Shown here one piece after another: positions 60,859-64,000 of a stretch of 64,000 bases of DNA (positions are counted from its first letter, which is position 1; every line of letters begins with the position of its first letter). The notes below the pieces were generated by a model that was not told where the DNA came from, did no database searches, and saw nothing but the letters and a program-made list of their open reading frames with translations. The DNA is taken from NCBI GenBank assembly GCA_945920215.1, contig CAMEJM010000008.1, forward strand, positions 14,134-78,133, in the 5' to 3' direction. This DNA comes from an uncultured bacterium (GTDB lineage Bacteria; Bacillota; Clostridia; Oscillospirales; CAG-272). The translations under genes were made by a program, and so were the position numbers.

Positions 60859-62091
60859 ATGGAAGAGAAGAACATCCTGCATATTTGCACAGGCTTTTCC
60901 GCCGATTTCAACGGCGGTATTACGAATTATGTACGCAGCATCGCCAAAACGCAGGCGGAGAGAGGATACAAGGTATATATTCTTTCCGCCGAAGGAAAAG
61001 ATGACCTTTACGAGGTAATTCCTTACCATACCGGAATTGCCAACTTTTCTTATGCTCATAAAAGGGACAGCCGCAGTCTGAAAAAACTGAAAGAGATTCT
61101 GGACGAAAAGAATATCTCCCTGGTTCATATCCATTTGATGCTGAATGTGGATCAACGCTTATTCAAGATACTGAAGGGGCGCAAATACGTCGTCAGCCTG
61201 CACGACTATTATTTTATTTGCCCGCGGATTCAGATGCTGCCTCCCGGAGAGCGCAGCTGCGACTGCGCCAACACGTCCTCGTGCCTGAACTGCTTCAGCC
61301 TGCTGGAGAAAAACCGTTTGGTACGGGGTGCTTCCAAACGCGTGTTCGGCGAGCGCGGCATTTATCGTTTTCCGCTGAAATCCCGCGCGGTATACCGGAG
61401 CTGGTATGAGAATAATAAGCAGTTGCTTGAGGGGGCGGAGATGCTCTTTCCCGTGTCCGAGCGCGTCGAGGAGATCTATCGCCGCTCCGGAATTCAAAAC
61501 ACGTATCACACATTGCACATCGGGAACATCAGCGCTTACCACTTCAAGCAGGAGTGGGAGAGGAAAGAGCAGACGCAGATCGATATGGTGCTGCTCAGCA
61601 GCGTCAGCCGCGTGAAAGGCGGTCCTCTCCTCTGTTCTATGCTCAGCCGCGTCCATAATCCCGCGCTGCGCGTGCATTTTTACGGGCGCTGCAATGAAGC
61701 CGAAGAGAAAATGCTCAAAGCGGCGGGGATCATTTACCACGGTGCGTACAAGCAGGCGGATCTGCCGCAGATCCTGTCACAGATGGATATGGGGATCATG
61801 ACGCCGATCTGGGAGGATAACGGTCCGCAGGTGGTTATGGAAATGCTCAACAGCCGGTTGCCGGTATTTGCAACCCGGATGGGCGGCATTCCCGATTTCG
61901 TCAATGAGGAAAACGGGTATCTGTTTGACCCGTACAGCGAAGACGAGATAGCGGAGGCTTGCGCGTTCCTGAACAGCCTCGACCGTGCGAAGGTGGAGGA
62001 GATGAAGTCCCACATCAAGCGCACGTTGACGCCGGAAGAACATTTTGACGAGCTGATGGCTTATTACCAAAAAATATTCGACAAGGATTGA
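60859..62091 (+). CDS. Glycosyltransferase family 4 (GT-B)
   Basis: The N-terminus is ILHICTGFSADFNGGITNYV. The C-terminal EX7E region is EDNGPQVVMEMLNSRLPVFATRMGGIPDFV. Confidence 0.88.
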   Translation: MEEKNILHICTGFSADFNGGITNYVRSIAKTQAERGYKVYILSAEGKDDLYEVIPYHTGIANFSYAHKRDSRSLKKLKEILDEKNISLVHIHLMLNVDQRLFKILKGRKYVVSLHDYYFICPRIQMLPPGERSCDCANTSSCLNCFSLLEKNRLVRGASKRVFGERGIYRFPLKSRAVYRSWYENNKQLLEGAEMLFPVSERVEEIYRRSGIQNTYHTLHIGNISAYHFKQEWERKEQTQIDMVLLSSVSRVKGGPLLCSMLSRVHNPALRVHFYGRCNEAEEKMLKAAGIIYHGAYKQADLPQILSQMDMGIMTPIWEDNGPQVVMEMLNSRLPVFATRMGGIPDFVNEENGYLFDPYSEDEIAEACAFLNSLDRAKVEEMKSHIKRTLTPEEHFDELMAYYQKIFDKD

Positions 62092-62099
62092 ACGGTACG

Positions 62100-63203
62100 A
62101 TGTATGATTATTTGATTGTCGGCAGCGGATTATACGGCGCGGTGTGCGCCCACGAACTGACAAAAGCCGGCAAGACCTGCCTTGTGCTTGAAAAGCGCCC
62201 GCAGATCGGGGGAAACGTATATACCGAAGATGTGGAGGGGATTCATGTCCACCGGTACGGCGCGCATATTTTCCACACGTCAGACAAAGAGATATGGGAA
62301 TATATCAACCGGTTTGCCGAATTCAATCATTATATCAATCAACCGGTGGCGCGTTACCGCAACGAGTGCTATAACCTGCCGTTCAATATGAACACGTTTA
62401 CAAAGCTGTGGAGCGACGTATTTACTCCCGCAGAGGCGCAGGCACGCATTGAGGAGGAACGGCGGTCCTGTTATACCGAAAACCCCCGCAACCTGGAGGA
62501 ACAGGCAATCAATCTTGTCGGCAGAACCATTTACGAAAAGCTGATCAAGGGATATACCGAAAAGCAATGGGGCAGACCCTGCACCGAATTGCCCGCATTC
62601 ATTATCAAGCGGTTGCCGGTGCGGTTTACTTTCGACAACAATTACTTCACCGACCGATACCAGGGAATTCCCGAGGGCGGATATACGCCCATCATAGAAA
62701 AAATGCTGACGGGGGCGCAGGTACGCCTGAATACCGACTTCCTCGCCGACAGGGAAAGGTATTTGTCCGAGGCAAACCGCGTGATTTACACAGGACCCAT
62801 TGACAGCTATTATCAATACTGCTTCGGCGCTTTGGAGTACCGTTCCGTTCGGTTTGAAACCGAGGTTCTGGATATGCCGAATTACCAGGGGAATGCGGTG
62901 ATCAATTATACGGCGTTTGACGTCCCCTATACGCGCATTATCGAGCATAAGCATTTTGAGTTCGGGCGGCAGGAAAAAACGGTCATTTCACGTGAATACT
63001 CCGCGGCATGGAAGCCGGGGGATGAGCCGTATTATCCCGTCAATGATGAAAAGAACAGCGAACTGTACGGCCGGTACGCCGCGCTTGCGCAACGTGAAAC
63101 CAAGGTGGTGTTCGGCGGCAGATTGGGGCAGTATCGCTATCTTGATATGCATACGGTTATCAGAGAGGCTCTTGAGAGGGTGAGAACAGAATTAAATGGC
63201 TGA
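62100..63203 (+). CDS. glf: UDP-galactopyranose mutase
   Basis: YDYLIVGSGLYGAVCA FAD motif, GAHIFHT and YPVND are present. ATG at 62100 is preferred over TTG at 62088. Confidence 0.94.
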   Translation: MYDYLIVGSGLYGAVCAHELTKAGKTCLVLEKRPQIGGNVYTEDVEGIHVHRYGAHIFHTSDKEIWEYINRFAEFNHYINQPVARYRNECYNLPFNMNTFTKLWSDVFTPAEAQARIEEERRSCYTENPRNLEEQAINLVGRTIYEKLIKGYTEKQWGRPCTELPAFIIKRLPVRFTFDNNYFTDRYQGIPEGGYTPIIEKMLTGAQVRLNTDFLADRERYLSEANRVIYTGPIDSYYQYCFGALEYRSVRFETEVLDMPNYQGNAVINYTAFDVPYTRIIEHKHFEFGRQEKTVISREYSAAWKPGDEPYYPVNDEKNSELYGRYAALAQRETKVVFGGRLGQYRYLDMHTVIREALERVRTELNG

Positions 63204-64000
63204 AAAAAGCATACGAAATAATTTCATATACAATCTGGCTTATCAACTGACGCTTTTGCTCTCTCCCTTGGTGGTGACGCCTTATGTATCCCGTGTTCTG
63301 GGTCCGGAGGGAAGCGGCTTTTACAGTTATTCCAATTCCATCGTGTCCTATTTCGTTCTGGTTGCCGTGCTGGGAACCGCGACGTTCGGTCAGAGAGCGG
63401 TCAGTTATGAACAGAAAGACCCGGAGGCGCGCAGCCGCGTTTTCTGGGAAGTATTCATTGTCCGCTGCAGTTCTTCCCTGATTACCATTGCGGCATATGT
63501 GGGGTATGTTCTGCTGGCTGTATCTGCCGATCAGAAGCTGGTTTGCCTGATCATGACGTTGAACATCATAAACGTGATGTTTGATATTTCGTGGTTTTTG
63601 CAAGGCATGGAGGAATTTGGAAAGATTGCTCTGTGCAGTATTGCTTTTCGTCTGATGAGCATTGCCTCCATCTTTCTGTTTGTAAAAGAAGCGTCGGATC
63701 TGTATTTATACGTACTGTTTCTGATTGTATTTACGGTTGCCGGAAACGCCTTTCTGTGGGCGTTTTTACCGAAGTATCTTTGCCGATGCAAGGGTATTCA
63801 TCCGTTCCGCAGTATCAAATCCATTCTGCAATTGTTTGTACCGACCATTGCCGTACAGGTATATACCGTTCTGGACAAATCCATGATAGGGTGGTTTGCC
63901 GACGGCTTCGCCGAAAACGGGTATTATGAAGGGGCGGAAAAGATCATCAAGATCGCCATCACCGCCGTCACTTCGTTGGGGACGGTCATGATCCCGCGCA
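63196..64000 (+). CDS. wzx: Wzx-type polysaccharide flippase (MOP superfamily), partial - continues beyond the window
   Basis: This gene is not in the ORF track because no stop is reached. My own translation from ATG 63196 gives MAEKSIRNNFIYNLAYQLTLLLSPLVVTPYVSRVLGPEGSGFYSYSNSIVSYFVLVAVLGTATFGQR..., the typical flippase N-terminus. The frame is open to position 64000. It overlaps the glf stop by 8 nt. Confidence 0.85.
   Translation, partial: MAEKSIRNNFIYNLAYQLTLLLSPLVVTPYVSRVLGPEGSGFYSYSNSIVSYFVLVAVLGTATFGQRAVSYEQKDPEARSRVFWEVFIVRCSSSLITIAAYVGYVLLAVSADQKLVCLIMTLNIINVMFDISWFLQGMEEFGKIALCSIAFRLMSIASIFLFVKEASDLYLYVLFLIVFTVAGNAFLWAFLPKYLCRCKGIHPFRSIKSILQLFVPTIAVQVYTVLDKSMIGWFADGFAENGYYEGAEKIIKIAITAVTSLGTVMIPR

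Overview
High-G+C, Firmicutes/Clostridia-type chromosomal window. The dipicolinate synthase genes dpaAB indicate an endospore former. I call about 49 protein-coding genes. I found no rRNA, tRNA, CRISPR array, transposase or prophage genes. Most of the window is housekeeping: rnhA, dpaAB, a rimI-tsaD-rex-dnaD-dnaC-like operon, pncB, clpB preceded by a perfect CIRCE operator, glmM-glmS, serA, several ABC transporters and an aminotransferase. Three parts look accessory. (1) 25.3-28.2 kb is a visibly more A/T-rich pair encoding a 726-aa secreted protein and a small lipoprotein, neither with a domain I recognise. (2) 28.4-31.9 kb is an SPFH/zinc-ribbon, zinc-ribbon/TM and TPM three-gene module. It resembles B. 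subtilis ydjI/ydjG/ydjH but has no pspA, and it sits behind an unusually structured, duplicated promoter region. (3) 51.8-64.0 kb is a Wzx/Wzy-type polysaccharide locus: rfbABDC, four glycosyltransferase-type genes, an acetyltransferase, glf, wzx, and a Wzy-like polymerase fused to a GT-B-like domain. The least explained non-coding structure is a 2.5-3.5 copy tandem array of 220-230 bp units at 10.03-10.65 kb. Each unit ends in its own terminator hairpin, and the first unit starts inside the stop-codon context of the upstream gene. Many long ORFs in the supplied track are antisense shadows typical of high-G+C DNA, and I rejected them. Several longest-ORF starts were trimmed to internal starts that have Shine-Dalgarno support. 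All family assignments come from motif recognition by eye; no searches were run.
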